From assembly GCF_020745735.1 (NCBI RefSeq), contig NC_083414.1, forward strand, positions 38,626,001-38,690,000: a stretch of 64,000 bases of DNA, read 5' to 3'. The first letter of the stretch is position 1. Each line of letters starts with the position of its first letter. The notes under the pieces are model-generated. The model was not told where the DNA came from and did not search any database. It worked only from the letters and a program-made list of their open reading frames with translations. This document shows positions 27,781 to 41,585 of the stretch, piece by piece. The position numbers and the translations under genes are program-made. This DNA comes from Hemiscyllium ocellatum. Lineage: Eukaryota.

Positions 27781-29469
27781 TTGCTTTATTTATTTCATGT
27801 TCAGTAGAATTCACTCATTGCACTCATTGAAACTTGTGATATATTTTCTTTTGAAACCTTTTCTTTTGTGTTTTCAAACCTGTAACAACTTCAAAATTAG
27901 ATCTGTGGATGTAATATTCTGTTCGTGTTGATGATCAGCCTGCTGCCACGTTGTAGTTGGGGTCCAAAGCAACTGCTGACATAGAAAGTGACATGCTGAA
28001 TGGAAGTGGTTAAAATGGCCATTATGCACCTATTTTTCATCGGTTACTGCGTCAAGAAGGTCCAAGAGAGATAAGTTTTACTGAGATTCTGACAACTCTT
28101 AGTTCCAGTTAAGGAACTATTTCCAGGTCCAAGCCTGGAAATGGCGCTGGCCTTTTGGTCAAGGAATGCTGTTGCACTCACTGGTCAGACATCCAAAGAT
28201 TAAAATCTATTTCTGTGTCTGTTTTATTCTAAAACAAAACCTGTTAATTTAGGAAACATTAGCATGCTAATTGTTATTTTATGGCCTCCAATACAGATTG
28301 TTTTGCAAGAAGATATGCTACAGAAATAATCATCTCCCAAAAGACTGTATACCAAGGTCTAACAGCATTGGTGGTTAGTCTACGATGAGAAAACAAGAAA
28401 ATAATTCAACCTCCTGTGAGTCCTGATTTTATTTTTAGGACTTGCATAACACCAGTGTTTTTTTCTGATACAGTCAAGTTTTAAAATGCATTAGTTTTGA
28501 GATTTGTTCAGTCAATCAGTCATTTTTGAATCCTACATAAGCTCTCCCCAGATGCATTTTGCTTTACTGCTAATTAAGCACTGCAGGAACATACGCTGTA
28601 ACTAACATCACAAAGGGCGGAGATACAAGGGAGTAACGTGAAAACATTCATATGTTTGTTAAGCTGTTGTTACCATTACTATCAAGCACAATAAAACCAA
28701 GAATCCTGAATTTGTAAAATTCCCCAGTGTGACATAATACTTTCTTTTTTTAAGTTACTGACAAATGTCACCAATTAAATGCATAATCTACAGTTTTACT
28801 TAAGTGCTGAAATGGAGTTTCTAGAAACAAACAGTATTACTTCCATACACAATTAGCATCCCTATGCGAGCTTACCTCATGGTAGTAACGAGTTCACTAT
28901 TGCAGCATATTAATTGGACACCGACTAATATCACTTTCTGTGTGCACAATACTAATTAGATGCTGTATTTACTGCATAGCATTATTTTAGTGCATGCATT
29001 TGAGTTGCTGTACACAGCCAGTAGCGACAATTTGACTTCTCTTTCGGCTATAACATTTAATATAGTCATATCACAAATAACATCTTGCAGCAACTACCTG
29101 GCAGATTCAAGTTAAATTCAACTCCATTAATGCTTTCCTAATGTAATAATCCCTACATCCTCCAGAGAAAATGAGACAAATAGTTATTGCCTACTGAAAA
29201 GCCTTCACATAATGTGCAAGTAAAAACCAGCTGCAAAAGACTTTATATTGCAAAATGAGCAATGGGAATTCAACCATTTGATTCAGTTTTTCTTCCTTAG
29301 AGGCCACCATTCATTACTTCAAGTAGTTAACCATGTCGTGCTCAATATAAATAGTTCTCTTTCTCAAATGCTATATGGGAAGAAGAGCTCTGCACAACAG
29401 GATAAATACAAAAAATAGAAAAGTATAACAAAAATATTCAAGGATGATTTTGGAAAAGCAGGTTCAAGG

Positions 29470-29660
29470 CTTAGAAACAGAAAATTTTGGAAAAACTCAG
29501 CAAGTCTGACAACACGAAAGGAGAGCTGTTTCTTCTTCTGAAAACTCTGATTGAACTTGAAACTCAGTTTCCTCTCCACAAATGCTGCCAGAGGTGTTGA
29601 GTTGCTCCAACATTTACTGTTTTTATTAAGTTTCCAGCATTCACAGTATTTTGCTTTTAT
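29470..29660. mobile_element. Highly decayed inverted pair of family C pLTRs
   Basis: GGAAAAACTCAGCAAGTCTGACAACA versus TGCTGCCAGAGGTGTTGAGTTGCTCC. Confidence 0.55.
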
Positions 29661-30041
29661 TCCACAGCTAAAATTCCCTCAATGAAACAATATAATTTTT
29701 TTTCACGTGGGACATAAAAGTCATATTTTTCAGACTACTATAAGGAAGGACGAGACAAAGCTTCCTACTCTTCAGAATAGTACCGACTCTCCTCAAAAAT
29801 CCTTAATCCATCACACACTTCACCATTTCAAATTTCTCATTTGCATAGATTACACAGTCAATTTCATTGCCAATCAAAATATAAAAAGGATCCTATCATT
29901 TTAATTGCCCATAAGATTATGATTCAGGATAATGAAAATACAGAAAATATATACAAAAGTGCTTTTCGTGCTGGTATTCAGTTACCCTGTGATTGATTTG
30001 AAATGCAAAGAGTGTAGTATATTAAGTGAGGCTTAGTACAA

Positions 30042-31908
30042 TAGTCATAGAGATGTACAGCATGGAAAAAGACCTTTCGGCCCAACCTGTCCATGCTGAC
30101 AAGATATCCCAAATCAATCTAATCCCACCTGCCAGCACCCAGCCCATATTGCTCCAAACCCTTCCTATTCATATACCTATCCAAATGCCTCTTAAATGTT
30201 GCAATTGTACCAGCCTCCACCACTTCCTCTGGCAGCTCATTCCAAATCTGTATCACCCTCTGTGTGAAAATGTTGCCCCTTAGGTCTCTTTTGTATCTTT
30301 CCCCTCTCACCCTAAACCTATGCCCTCTAGTTCTGGACTCCCCGACTCCAGGGAAAAGACTTTGTCTATTTACCCTATACATGCCCCTCATAATTTTGTA
30401 AACCTCTATTAAGTCACCCCTCAGCCTCTGACACTCCAGGGAAAACAGCCCCAGCCTGTTGCCTCTCCCTATAGCTCAAATCCTCCAACCCTGGCAACAT
30501 CCTTGTAAATCTTTTCTGAACCCTTTCAAGTTTCACAACATCTTTCCGTTAGAAAGGAGACCAGAATTGCACGCAATATTCCAACAGTGGCCTACCAATG
30601 TCCTCTACAGCTCAACATGACCTCCCAACTCCTGTACTCAATATTTTGACCAATAAAGGAAAGCATACAAAACACCTTCTTCACGATCCTATCTACCCAT
30701 GAACCTGCACTCCAAGGTCACTTTGTTCAGCAACACTCCCTCGGACCTTACCATTAAATGTATAAGTCCTGCTAAGATTTGCTTTCCCAAAATGCAGCAC
30801 CTCGTATTTAACTGAATTAAACTCCATCTACCACTTCTCAGCCAATCGACCCATCTGGTCAAGATCCTGTTGTAATCTGAGGTAACCCTCTTTGCTGTCC
30901 ACTACACCTGCAATTTTGGTGTTATCAGCAAACTTACTAACTGTACCTCTTATGCTCGCATCCAAATCATTTATGTAAATGACAAAAGTAGAGGACCCAG
31001 CACCGATCCTTGTGGCACTCCACTGGTCACAGGCCTCCAGTCTGAAAAACAACCCTCCACCACCCTCTGTCTTCTACCTTTGAGCCAGTTCTGTATCCAC
31101 ATGGCTAGTTCTCCTTTTATTGCATGAGATCTAACCTTGCTAATCAGTCTCCCATGGCGAACCTTATCAAACGCCTTCCTGAAGTCCATATAGATCACAT
31201 CTACCACTCTGCCCTCATCAATCCTCTTTGTTACTTCTTCAAAAAACTCAATCAGGTTTGTGAGACATGATTTCCCATGCACAAAGCCATGGTGACTATC
31301 CCTAATCAGTCCTTGTCTTTCCAAATACATGTACATTGTGTTCCCTCAGGATTCCCTCCAACAACTTGTCCTCCACCGAGGTCAGGCTCACTGGTTTATA
31401 GTTCCCTGGCTTGTCCTTACCACCTTTCTTAAACAGTGGTACTACATTAGCCAACCTCCAGTTTTCCGGCACCTCACCTGTGACTATCGATGATACAAAT
31501 ATCTCAGCAAGAGGCCCAGCAGTCACTTCTCTAGCTTCCCACAGAATTCTCAGGTACACCTGATCAGGCCCTGGGGATTTATCCATCTTTATCAGCTTCA
31601 AGATATCCAGCACTTCCTCCTCTGTAATCTGGACATTTTGCAAGATGTCACCATCTATTTCCCTGCATTCTATATCTTCCATATCCTTTTCCACAGTAAG
31701 TACTGATGCAAAATATTCGTTTAGTATCTCCCCCATTTTCTGCGGCTCCACACAAATGCCGACTTGCTGATCTTTGAGGGGCCCTAATTACCCTTTTGTC
31801 TTTAATGTATTTGTAAAATCCCTTTGGATTCTCCTTAATTCTATTTGCCAAAGATATCTCATGCCCCCTTTTTGCCATCCTGATTTCCCTCTTAAGTATA
31901 CTCCTACT
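30042..31908 (-). mobile_element. CR1 (HER1-like) LINE, 5'-truncated, relatively young, with frameshifted RT
   Basis: KSPGPD, WRLANVVPLFKKG, YKPVSLTS, KSCLTNL, YMDFRKAFDKV, GVPQGSVLGP, KFADNT and WNELP motifs, plus a 3' tail. Confidence 0.95.
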
Positions 31909-34104
31909 TAATATTAAGTTTTGAACGAAAAGTGTGTGATTTATATATATATTACCTTTTTCAGTGTTTGGATTTTAAACTCTTGACATGTGGGCATGGT
32001 CTATTTAAGTGATTTAACAATTAACTATGTCGGTCTTTTCTGAACCATGATTTTAAACCAATATGTGGCAGAGAGCAGATGACTGAAGGTTCCTTGAGAG
32101 TTAATGGAAATTTATAGCAATACATTTTAACAGTAGAACAAAAGCCATTAGGTTAGTAGAACCTAGAGATCCCATAGTCCACCTCACTCAGGGATCATCC
32201 GACCTCAGAGCAGAACTGATTTGCCTGGCATCATTCTATGCTCAGCAGCACTATCATGAGCCGTAACAACTGCTGGGATAATGGGTAGCCCAATCAATTA
32301 AAGTGCAGAAGCAGCAGGATCGAGGCCGATGCAGGGTCACATGCTGGGAGGGGTAGCTCAGCCAGGAGTTTGGGATCGGTTAATGCTTTGAAGACTAAAT
32401 GGTGAGAGAGTGCCTGTGAGCCAGATGTTGGAGAACTGTCAGATTTTGAAAGGGGACCAATTATAGAGGTGCTCATTCCCCTCACAATTGGTGGTGATCA
32501 TGGTGGGGGTGGGGAGTGGTGGTTGGGGAGTAAGATAAACTTCTGGACTTCCGTCCCCGCTGTTTGTGATCCCTTCCTTCCAGCTTCAAGATTACAGTCT
32601 AGGCCAGAAGTGGTACCCAAGCTCCTCACCCTAGACCCATCTGCCTTGTAAAACTGCAGACAGCCCTCGGTGGAAGATTTTCAGCTCAAAGTCAGTGTCT
32701 TACTTCCTTATTGAAAGCTCTGTTGCTTTTAGCTTAACTTGAACCAACTGCCATTAACACATCAGTACTATAACCTAAAAGGGATATTCTAACTATAAAG
32801 TACCACAAGAATGTCTCCATGCTATTTGTGAGGAAAACATTTCTGAAGGGAAGTACAGGAAACAGACCACAACTGTGCATCATTCTGTTATCTTACGCCA
32901 GCATCAAGGCCAAGAAGTTGGAAGTTGCCTTTTGGAATGCTTGTGGCTTTTGGGCCTCAGTGTAAATGCAAGTAATTTCACTAATCTAACTAAAGCTAGA
33001 GTTTAGTCACTGTTCTAGCACTGGAACATATCCAAAACATTTTTGTGCCAAGGCAAAAGTAGCAATTTAAGATTGAGATAAGCCTGGAGTGACTCTTTCT
33101 CCAAAATCTGCACATGTTCCTTTAGTGCAGACGTGAAATTATTCCTTCTATAAAAAGGCCCAGCTAAAATCATGAATCCAAATTTTACAGAATGGCAATG
33201 TTCAAAATTGTGCTACTTAAATTTTTAAATTTTATTAGAAATTAATGAATAATTTAGCAACAGAAACAAAACTTAGGAGCATGGCATGAAATGAAAAATG
33301 AAAATGAAGTACAATAAAAAGGTGCTACTCCAATCAACGCCATGTTGCTCAATGTGCTAGTGTTATAAATTATTAATCTGCAGTTTAAGTCACTGTTCAT
33401 ATTCAAGTGGAATAAGTAATTACTCTGGCTTATTTATGACTGCCAGATTGTTTCATAAAAATATTTTCCAGATATCCCATACAAATATTTGATAAATTCA
33501 ATTGCCTTTCTCAAAGAAGTTGAGTATTTTAACAAGATTTTGTAAAGATAAAATTAAAATTCACCTTATTACATTGTCATCATTAAATTGCTGCTAATAT
33601 GAAGGGTTGTTTCAACAAAATAGCATCAAATGTCTGGGCAACTAAACAAATTCTGCTCCAAACTTACCCAAAATCATAAACATTCAAACTGGAAACGTGG
33701 TCTTCACTGAATACAGAAGTGGTGGAGAGAAGGAGAATTATGGTTTAAATTTCACATTGCAAAGGTTGAGAAAACTAAAACAAGTGAAATACAGAATAAC
33801 TTTAAAAATTCTGATATGGTTATTAAACTTCTTTTCACAGCCTGACCTGAGGCACTAGCATGGTGGTTGAGACCTGACCTGTCACCTGATGGTGATATAA
33901 TGATATTGTCACTGAAAAGTATTGGTTGGAGATTTTAATTTCTCCTATATCAACTGAGCCACACAGAATGTAAAAGGCCTAAGTAAGGTGCAATTTGTCA
34001 AATGTGTCCAAAGGTTTCCTAAATCAATATGTCGAGGGCCCTACTTGGGAGGGTGCAACACTGGACATCCTCTTTGGAAACAAGGTCAGGCAAGTAATAC
34101 AGTG

Positions 34105-34972
34105 CATTATCCTCCACCATTTCCGCCACTGACAGTCAGACCCCACCACCAAGGATATATTTCCCTCCCCACCTCCATCTGTGTTCCACAGAACCCATTC
34201 CCTCCGTGACTCCCTAACGCCCATTTCCCCCACCAATCCACCTTCCACACCCAGCATCTTCCCTTGCCGCAGTAGGCAGTGTAAAACCTGCACCCAAACC
34301 TCTCCCCTCACCTCCATCCAAGGCCCCAAAGGATCTTTTCACAGATTTTCCTGCACATCTACCCACCCCATCTACTGAGTCCATTGCTCTTGATGTCATC
34401 TCCTCTGCATTGAGGAAACAGGATTTCAACTCGCAGGTATTTCAGGGAACACTTCAGGGACACATGCACCAAACAATCCTACCACCCTGTTGCCAATCAC
34501 TTCAATTCCCCCTCCCACTCCACTAAGAACATGCAAGACCTGGGCCTCTTCCACCACAAAATCAAAGTTACCTGCCAAATGGAGGAAGTACGCCTCATCT
34601 TCCACCTTGGGACCCTTCAACCACACAACATCAACATCAACTTCACTCGTTTCCAAATCATCGCTCCCCCCCCACATCCCAGATCCAAATTTCCAACATG
34701 GCACCGCCCTCTTGACCTGCGCTACCTGTCCATCTTTCTTCCCATTTATCCAATCCACCCTCCCCACCAACCTATCATAGTTACTCCATACCTACATCCA
34801 CCTGTCACCTTCCCATCTACCCTCCCCCAGTCCCAACCCCACCCCACAATTATCTCTCATGCCCAATTCCCCCTCCACATCCCTGATGAAGGGCTTACTG
34901 CTGAAATGTTGACTCTCCTGCTCTCTGGATACTTCCTGACTTACTGTGGTTTTCCAATGCCAAACTTTTCAA
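34105..34972 (+). mobile_element. Neptune-type PLE 3' fragment with decayed HHR at ~34883-34915
   Basis: Cys-rich linker FPCRSRQCKTC, decayed GIY-YIG, EEVRLIFHLGTLQP, then CCTGATGAAGGGC. Confidence 0.85.
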
Positions 34973-35392
34973 CAAGTGACTGAAGTGTCAGTCGGAGAGT
35001 ACTTTGGGTCCAATGAACATAATTCTCTTAGTTTTAAGAGAGTTATGAATAAAGATAGGACAGGTCCACAGGTTAAGATACTAAATGAAAGAAGTGCCAA
35101 TTTTGGGGCCATTAGGCAGGACCTAGCAGAGATCGATTGGATGAGTCTGTTTGAAGGAAAAAGAACAACTGGCAAATGGGACGCTTTTAAAAGTGAGATA
35201 TCAAGAGTCCAGGGACAGTATGTCCTTGTAGGGTGAAAGGAGAAGTTGGCAGGTTTAGGGATCCCTGGCTGATGACGGATTATTGAGGCTCTAGTCAGGA
35301 AAAAGAAGATGGCACATATTGGGCTCAAGTGAATGCACAGGTAACTATAAAAAGTGTGGGACTACACTTAGGACTAAGAGCAAAAATAGGGT

Positions 35393-35740
35393 ATCATAGA
35401 ATCCCTGCAGTGTGAAAACAGGCCATTTGGCACAACAAGTCCACACTGACCCTCCAAAGAGTGTCCTATCAAGACCCATTCCCCTACCCTCTTATTCAAC
35501 ATTTCCCCTGACTAATGCACCTAGCCTACACGCCCTGAACACTATGGGCAAATTAGAATGGCTAATTCACCTAACATGCTCATCTTTGGACTGAGAGAGA
35601 AAACCGGAGCACCCGCACAGGGAATCCCCACAGACATGGGGAGAATGTGCAAACTCCACACAGTCGCCCCAGGGCTGGAATTGAACCCGGTCCCTGGCAC
35701 TGTCAGGCAGCAGTGTTAACCACTGAGCCACCATGCCACC
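35393..35740 (-). mobile_element. HE1-like V-SINE nested in CR1
   Basis: Same tRNA head, V domain and tail as 26912-27237. Confidence 0.88.
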
Positions 35741-36502
35741 AAAGTTAAAGACAATCCCAAGAGGTTCTAGAACTATATTATGACTAACTGGGTAGTTAGG
35801 GAAAGAATAGGCGCTCTTAAAGATCAGCATGGTTGTCTATGTGTGGAGCCACAGCAAATACAATAGATTGTTAATGAATACGTCTCCTCAGTGTTAACTG
35901 AGTAGATAATAATTGATGCTAAGGAAATAATGGAAACAAATGGGAATGTTTTGGACCATATACCTAGTAGCAGAGAGGTGTTTGCATCCTTAAAGTGCAT
36001 TAAGGTGGATAAATCGCCTGGGCTTGATCAAGTCCATCCTCAGACATTGAGGGAAGCCAGGGAAAAAATTGCAGAGGCACTTGCAGAGATGTTTGCTTCA
36101 TCTTTAGCCACTTACGAAGTTCTGGAAGACTGGAGGATGGCTAATGGTGCTCCATTGTTTAAGAAAGGTAGCAAAAACAAGACAGGGAACTGCAGGCCAG
36201 TGAGCCTGACATCAGTGGAAGGCAAGTTGTTGGAGAGGATACTGAGGGACAGGATCAATCAACATTTGGATAATCAAAGTTAGATTAGGGATAGCATGGA
36301 TTTGTGTGTGGGATATCACGCCTGACAAATCTCAGAGTTTTTTGAAGAGATAACCAAGAGGATAGATGAGTATAGAGCAGTCAATGTTGTCCATATGGAC
36401 TTTAGTAAGGACTTCGACAAGGTCCCACACAGCAGGCTAGTCACGAAGATTAAGTTGCGTGTGATTCAGGGAGAGCTAGCTAATTGGAGTCAAAATTAGC
36501 TT

Positions 36503-37130
36503 GATAAGACCATAAGACATAAGAGTGGAAGTAAGGCCATTCGGCCATCGAGTCCACTCTGCCATTCAATCATGGCTGATGGGCATTTCAACTCCACTTA
36601 CCAGTATTCTCCCCGTAGCCCTTTATTCCTTGTGACATCAAGAATTTATAAATCTCTGCCTTGAAGACATTTAGCGTCCCAGCCTCCACTGCACTCTGCG
36701 GCAATGAATTCCACAGGCCCACCACTCTCTGGCTGAAGAAGTGTCTCCACATTTCTGTTCTGAATTGACCCCCTCCTAATTCTAAGGCTGTGTCCACAGG
36801 TCCTAGTGTCCTTGCCTAACGGAAACAATTTCCTAGCGTCCACCCTTTCCAAGCCATGTATTATCTTGTACGTTTCTATTAAATCTCCCCTTAATCTTCT
36901 AAACTCCAATGAATACAATCCCAGAAGCCTCAGCTTTCCTCGTATGTTAGACCTACCATTCCAGGTATCATCCGTGTGAATCTCTGCTGGACACGCTCCA
37001 GTGCCAGTATGTACCTCCTGAGGTGTGGGGACCAAAACTGGACACAGTACTCCAAATGGGGCCTAACCAGAGCTTTATAAAGTCTCAGTAGCACAACGGT
37101 GCTTTTATATTCCAACCCTCTTGAGATAAA
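36503..37130 (-). mobile_element. Younger CR1 3' fragment nested in antisense within the older CR1
   Basis: LYKALVRPHLEYCVQFWSP, LEFRRLRGDLIETYK and LWNSLP, with a (CTTATG)n-type tail. Confidence 0.92.
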
Positions 37131-37801
37131 TAAACCCTCTTGATGGTAGGAAGCAGACGGTGATGGGAGCTAGCAGTACAAGTTCTTTGAAAGCAAAAGT
37201 AGACAGGATGCTGAAGAAGGTATTTAGATTGCTGGCCTTCATCAATCGAGAAATTGAGTAAAAGAGTTGGGACATTATGATACACTGTATAAAACATTGG
37301 TGAGGCCTCGGTTGGAACACTGTGTATGAGTTTTGTAACCCTGTTATAGGAAAGACATTGTTAAATTGGAAAGCGTAAAAAGAATATTTATGAAGATATT
37401 GTTGGCCAGGATAGGTCTTTATGCCTTGGAACGTGGGAGAATGAGGGTGATCTTATAGAGATGTATAAAAATCATGAATAGGGCATAGATAGGGGAATGC
37501 AGATAGATGTTTTCCCAGGGATGGGGAATTGAAAACTCGAGGGCATAGATTTAAGGTGAGAGGGGAATAACTTAAGGAGGACCTGAGAGGTAATATCTTT
37601 GCACAGTGAGTGGTGCACATACGGAATGGGCTGCCAGAGAAAATGGTTGAGGCAGGCACAATAGTAATATTTTTAAAACATTTTGATCGGGAAGAGTTTA
37701 GAGGGATATGGACCAAACGAGGGCAATTGGAACCAGCTGAGTGGACTCCATGGTCAGCATGGACCAGTTTGGGTTGAAGGGCCTGTTTTCATGCTGTATT
37801 A

Positions 37802-38014
37802 GAGGAGAAAGTGAGGTCTGCAGATGCTGGAGATCAGAGCTGAAAATGTGTTGCTTGAAAAGCGCAGCAGGTCAGGCAGCATCCAAGGAACAGGAAATTC
37901 GACGTTTCACGCATAAGCAGATTCCTGATGAAGGGCTTATGCCTGAAATGTCGAATTTCCTGTTCCTTGGATGCTGCCTAACCTGCTGCGCTTTTCCAGC
38001 AACACATTTTCAGC
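37802..38014. mobile_element. Head-to-head HHR mini element (213 nt)
   Basis: 14-nt TSD TTCATGCTGTATTA at 37788-37801 and 38015-38028. The + arm starts AUUC-CUGAUGA-A-GGGCUUAUGCCU-GAAA-UGUC^GAAU. Confidence 0.9.
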
Positions 38015-38039
38015 TTCATGCTGTATTACCATATGTCTC

Positions 38040-38330
38040 TAAGTAGAAACCAGGAAGCCCAAGCTAGCATCCTGGGGACATGACTTCAGGTGTACCATGG
38101 TAAAATTTGAATTCAATTTTTTTATTTAAAATTGGAATTCAAAACTAGTCTCATTCATAGTACCTGTGAAACTGTCATTGACTGTTGTCAAAATCTATTT
38201 GGTTCACCAATGCCCTTTAGGAAGGAAGTCTACTATTATTACTTGGTCTGGCTGACCTGAGACATGAGATCCACAGCAATCTGACTGACTCTTCATTGCT
38301 CTCTGATATGTGCTCCTAGGAAAGAATAAA
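38040..38330 (+). mobile_element. Old tRNA-derived shark SINE
   Basis: Homologous to 1513-1880 (minus). Confidence 0.6.
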
Positions 38331-39869
38331 TCAAAAACCTCTTTGCACTGATTCTGGGTAACATTTATATACAGTCTATCATAGTCCTAATGAATTGATT
38401 CTCTCCACAGCTGTTTCCTGACCCATTGAAGATTTCCACTACTTTCAGCTTTTAGTACAAACGAAAGGTCTATTTATCTAGAATGTTGCATTCAATTAGA
38501 AGCATCTCAGATTAGCTGGACATGGCGAGGTTAGGGGAAGCTATTCAGGATGGTGATGTGAAACAGCTGAAGCTTGTACAACTGACTAGCTTTTCCAGAC
38601 CTTCATTTTCATCGATATTTTCCCGTGAACCCAAGATCTTCTCCATTCTATCCTTGTCAATAGTTATTTGGCCAATTTAAAATTCAAAATTGTATTATTT
38701 GCCTTTCTTTCAGTATATGCAAGGATACAAACTCCATAGTTATGAGTTCTTGTGGCATCGTGGTAGTGTCTGACCTTTGGGCCAGAACGTCAGGGGTAAA
38801 ATCCAACCTGTTTCAGAGATGAGTAATGACATCTTCAAACATCTACAAGCTTCACTGTCACAGTTTATAAACTCAAATACAACTTGGGAGTTATAACTGA
38901 CTGACTGATTGACAGTCCTTTGAGTGCATGACTTGAATGCTGGGAACCAACATTCTCACTAAATTGCTGAGAATCCGAGAAGAAATCACACAGAAAATGT
39001 GCTTTTATAAATATTACGCAAATAGAAGCATTAAAAAAAAACAGTGACTGCATGGCAAAATACTGGTCATACACGAGTGAAATTTTAAGGGGGACATTGT
39101 CTGATGTGAAGCTCATTTTATTGTCTATTTGTAGCTTTATTTATCCAAGTGCACAAACACAAATATATTGCAATGCATTAAAGTGTGTATTTTTTACATA
39201 TCAATCCTAAATAAATAAAACTAACTCTGCTCTGATTTTGTTGAATGGTGAACAGGTTCATGTGACTGTATGGTCTATACCAATTTGTTGTATTCTTATT
39301 TAACATCACAAGTTTAAGCCTTTGTTTTTATTTGATATTAACTCAGACCACCCTGTTCAGAGAAAGGAGAATCTTAAAATAATTCCAAATTTGGAGAAAT
39401 TTGACGTGGCTTAAATCAAAAAAACGTAAAGATAGATTTAAAGATTTTGCATCAAGCTATCTAAGTTATACCTGTATATATACATATATTGATTATTAAA
39501 CTTCTATAGTATCAAGTGACTGAAAAACCCAAGAAAAGCAAAGATTAAAAAAGGTGAAAGAATAAGAATTTTAAATCTAAGAACAGCTTCTCATTAAAGA
39601 ATGATAATAAAGACAAAAATGGCAAGACAGTGATATATCTCAAGGACTAAATGACTTCTAAGCCAGGAATTTAAAGTAAGGAAGAATATTACAGATGCAT
39701 GAACTAAATTTCTCTCGAATCAGGAACAAATGGTTCAGGTATTTTCTTTAACCTTCACCTTTTCAAAGTATTACGGATGGACATCAAATGCTGGCCTTGC
39801 TAATGTCAGATAGTTCTTTGAATGAATAGTAATAAAAAGTGCTCTTCCCTTTGCTACTTCAAGAAGGGT

Positions 39870-41585
39870 AAAAGAGGGAAAATAGGGAATTGTAAACTAG
39901 TTAGCTTAATACCAGCTGTTGGAGAATTGCTAGAGATTAGAATAAAAAGATAAGCTAGTTAAAAAGCTTGAAAATTTTCAGCTTAGCAAAAAGCAAACAT
40001 GAATTTGTAAAGGTTATATCATGGCAAATAAAGCTTATTAAATTTTTTGATAAATAACAAGATGAGAGGGTATCATTTGCATGAAACAATACAATGCAGC
40101 CAATGAGGTTTATTCTGAGAGACTGGGTGCTGAAGTTATTGCTTGTGGAGTTGAGGGCAAATTATTGTTGACTGGCAGGAGGCAGAATGAAGAATCAATA
40201 AACAGGTACTCCAATTGGCAGGATACAGCCTGTAAAACATTTCAAAAGTATGTTAGCATCTCAACTACTTAGTAACAACTTAAAGGATGGAATCCAAGTT
40301 TGTTTATGACATAAATGTATGGGGCCTAAAATTACAAAGTGACATAACTAAATTAAGTAAATAGACAAAATTGACAGTTTGATATCAAAAGGAGCAACTG
40401 AATCATCTAGTTTGAACCAAAATATACAGATCGTTGTACTTTCTCAAGTTCAGAAGTTGAGGAATTGAAAGTCCAAAGAAACTTGGGGTCCATCTATATA
40501 GATTGCTTAAATGCCATGGACATTTAAGTAATGCAAAAGGACTTGGGGATACTTGTGCAGAAAGGTAACACATAGGTGCAGCAGATAATTGCGAAGACTA
40601 ATGGAATGTTGGCCCTTATTTCAGCAGTGGGGGTGAGGTGTAGTTTGGAGTATAAGTGTAGGGAAATCTTATACAAATGTACGAGGTGCTGGTGAGGTTA
40701 TATCTGGAGTTCTGAGAGTAGTTTGTGTCCCCTTATTTAAGCAAAGGTATTATTTCAAAAAAAAAGAATCATTAAGATGATCTCCTAGCTGGAAGGATTG
40801 TCTTATGAGCAAAGATTGAATGGGCTGGCATTCTACTCACTGGGTGTTTAGAACAATGAGTGGTATTCTCATTGAAACATATAAAATTCTAAGGGCTTGA
40901 CAGGATAAATGGCGAGACGATGCTTTCCCCTTATAGGAGAGTTTAGGACCAGAAGGCATGGTTTCAAAATCAAGGAGGAATTCCTCCTCTATGAGAGTTG
41001 TGTCTTTGGAGCTCCTTGCTCCAGACAGCTAAAAGGGCAGAGTTCCTGTGTATACTTAAGGCTGAGATAGATGGATTCTTGATCAGTAGGGAATCAATGG
41101 TTACAGGGAAAAGAAAGTGGATGTGAGAAGTGTCGGATCATACATGATCCTATAGAACAGTGGAACAAGCTCAAGAAGCTGGACAACCAAATCCTGTTCC
41201 TATTACTTATGTCATAGAGGCCGACAAAATTCTAACTAGACAATTAGACAAAGCATAATGTTCCTGATGACCAGGAGTACAGAACCAGAGGTCACAGTTT
41301 AAGGATATGGGTAGCCACTTAGGACTGAGTTGAGAAAAAATTTCTTCACCCAGAAAATGGTGAGCTTGTGGAATTCTCTGCCACAGAAGGAGATTAAAGC
41401 CACATCAGTGAACATTTTCAAAGAGTAGTTAGATATAATTCTTCAGGCTAAAGGATTGAAAGAGTACTGGCAGAAAGATGGAACACTACACTGAGTTGGA
41501 TGATCAGCCATGACCAGATAAAAGGTGGATTAGGCCTGGAGGGCTGAATAGCCAACTCCTGCTCCTGTTTTCTATGTTTCCATGT
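39870..41585 (+). mobile_element. Cluster of about three degenerate CR1 fragments
   Basis: Decayed ORF2 motifs (LSYEQRL, LWNSLP) and two CR1 tails ending ~41215 and ~41585. Confidence 0.75.

Larger units (their letters stand above)
33925..37800 (+). mobile_element. Older CR1 LINE (APE endonuclease to 3' tail) interrupted by nested insertions
   Basis: GDFN at ~33929, GATLDILFGNK, VTEVSVGEYFGSNEH, KSPGLD...WRMANGAPLFKKG, DFSKDFDKVPH, and a tail near 37790. Confidence 0.9.

Noticed and set aside
28860-29040. Strong minus donor GAG|GTAAGC at ~28875
   Set aside because: No polypyrimidine tract/acceptor or FHIT-like frame upstream; isolated donors are expected by chance.
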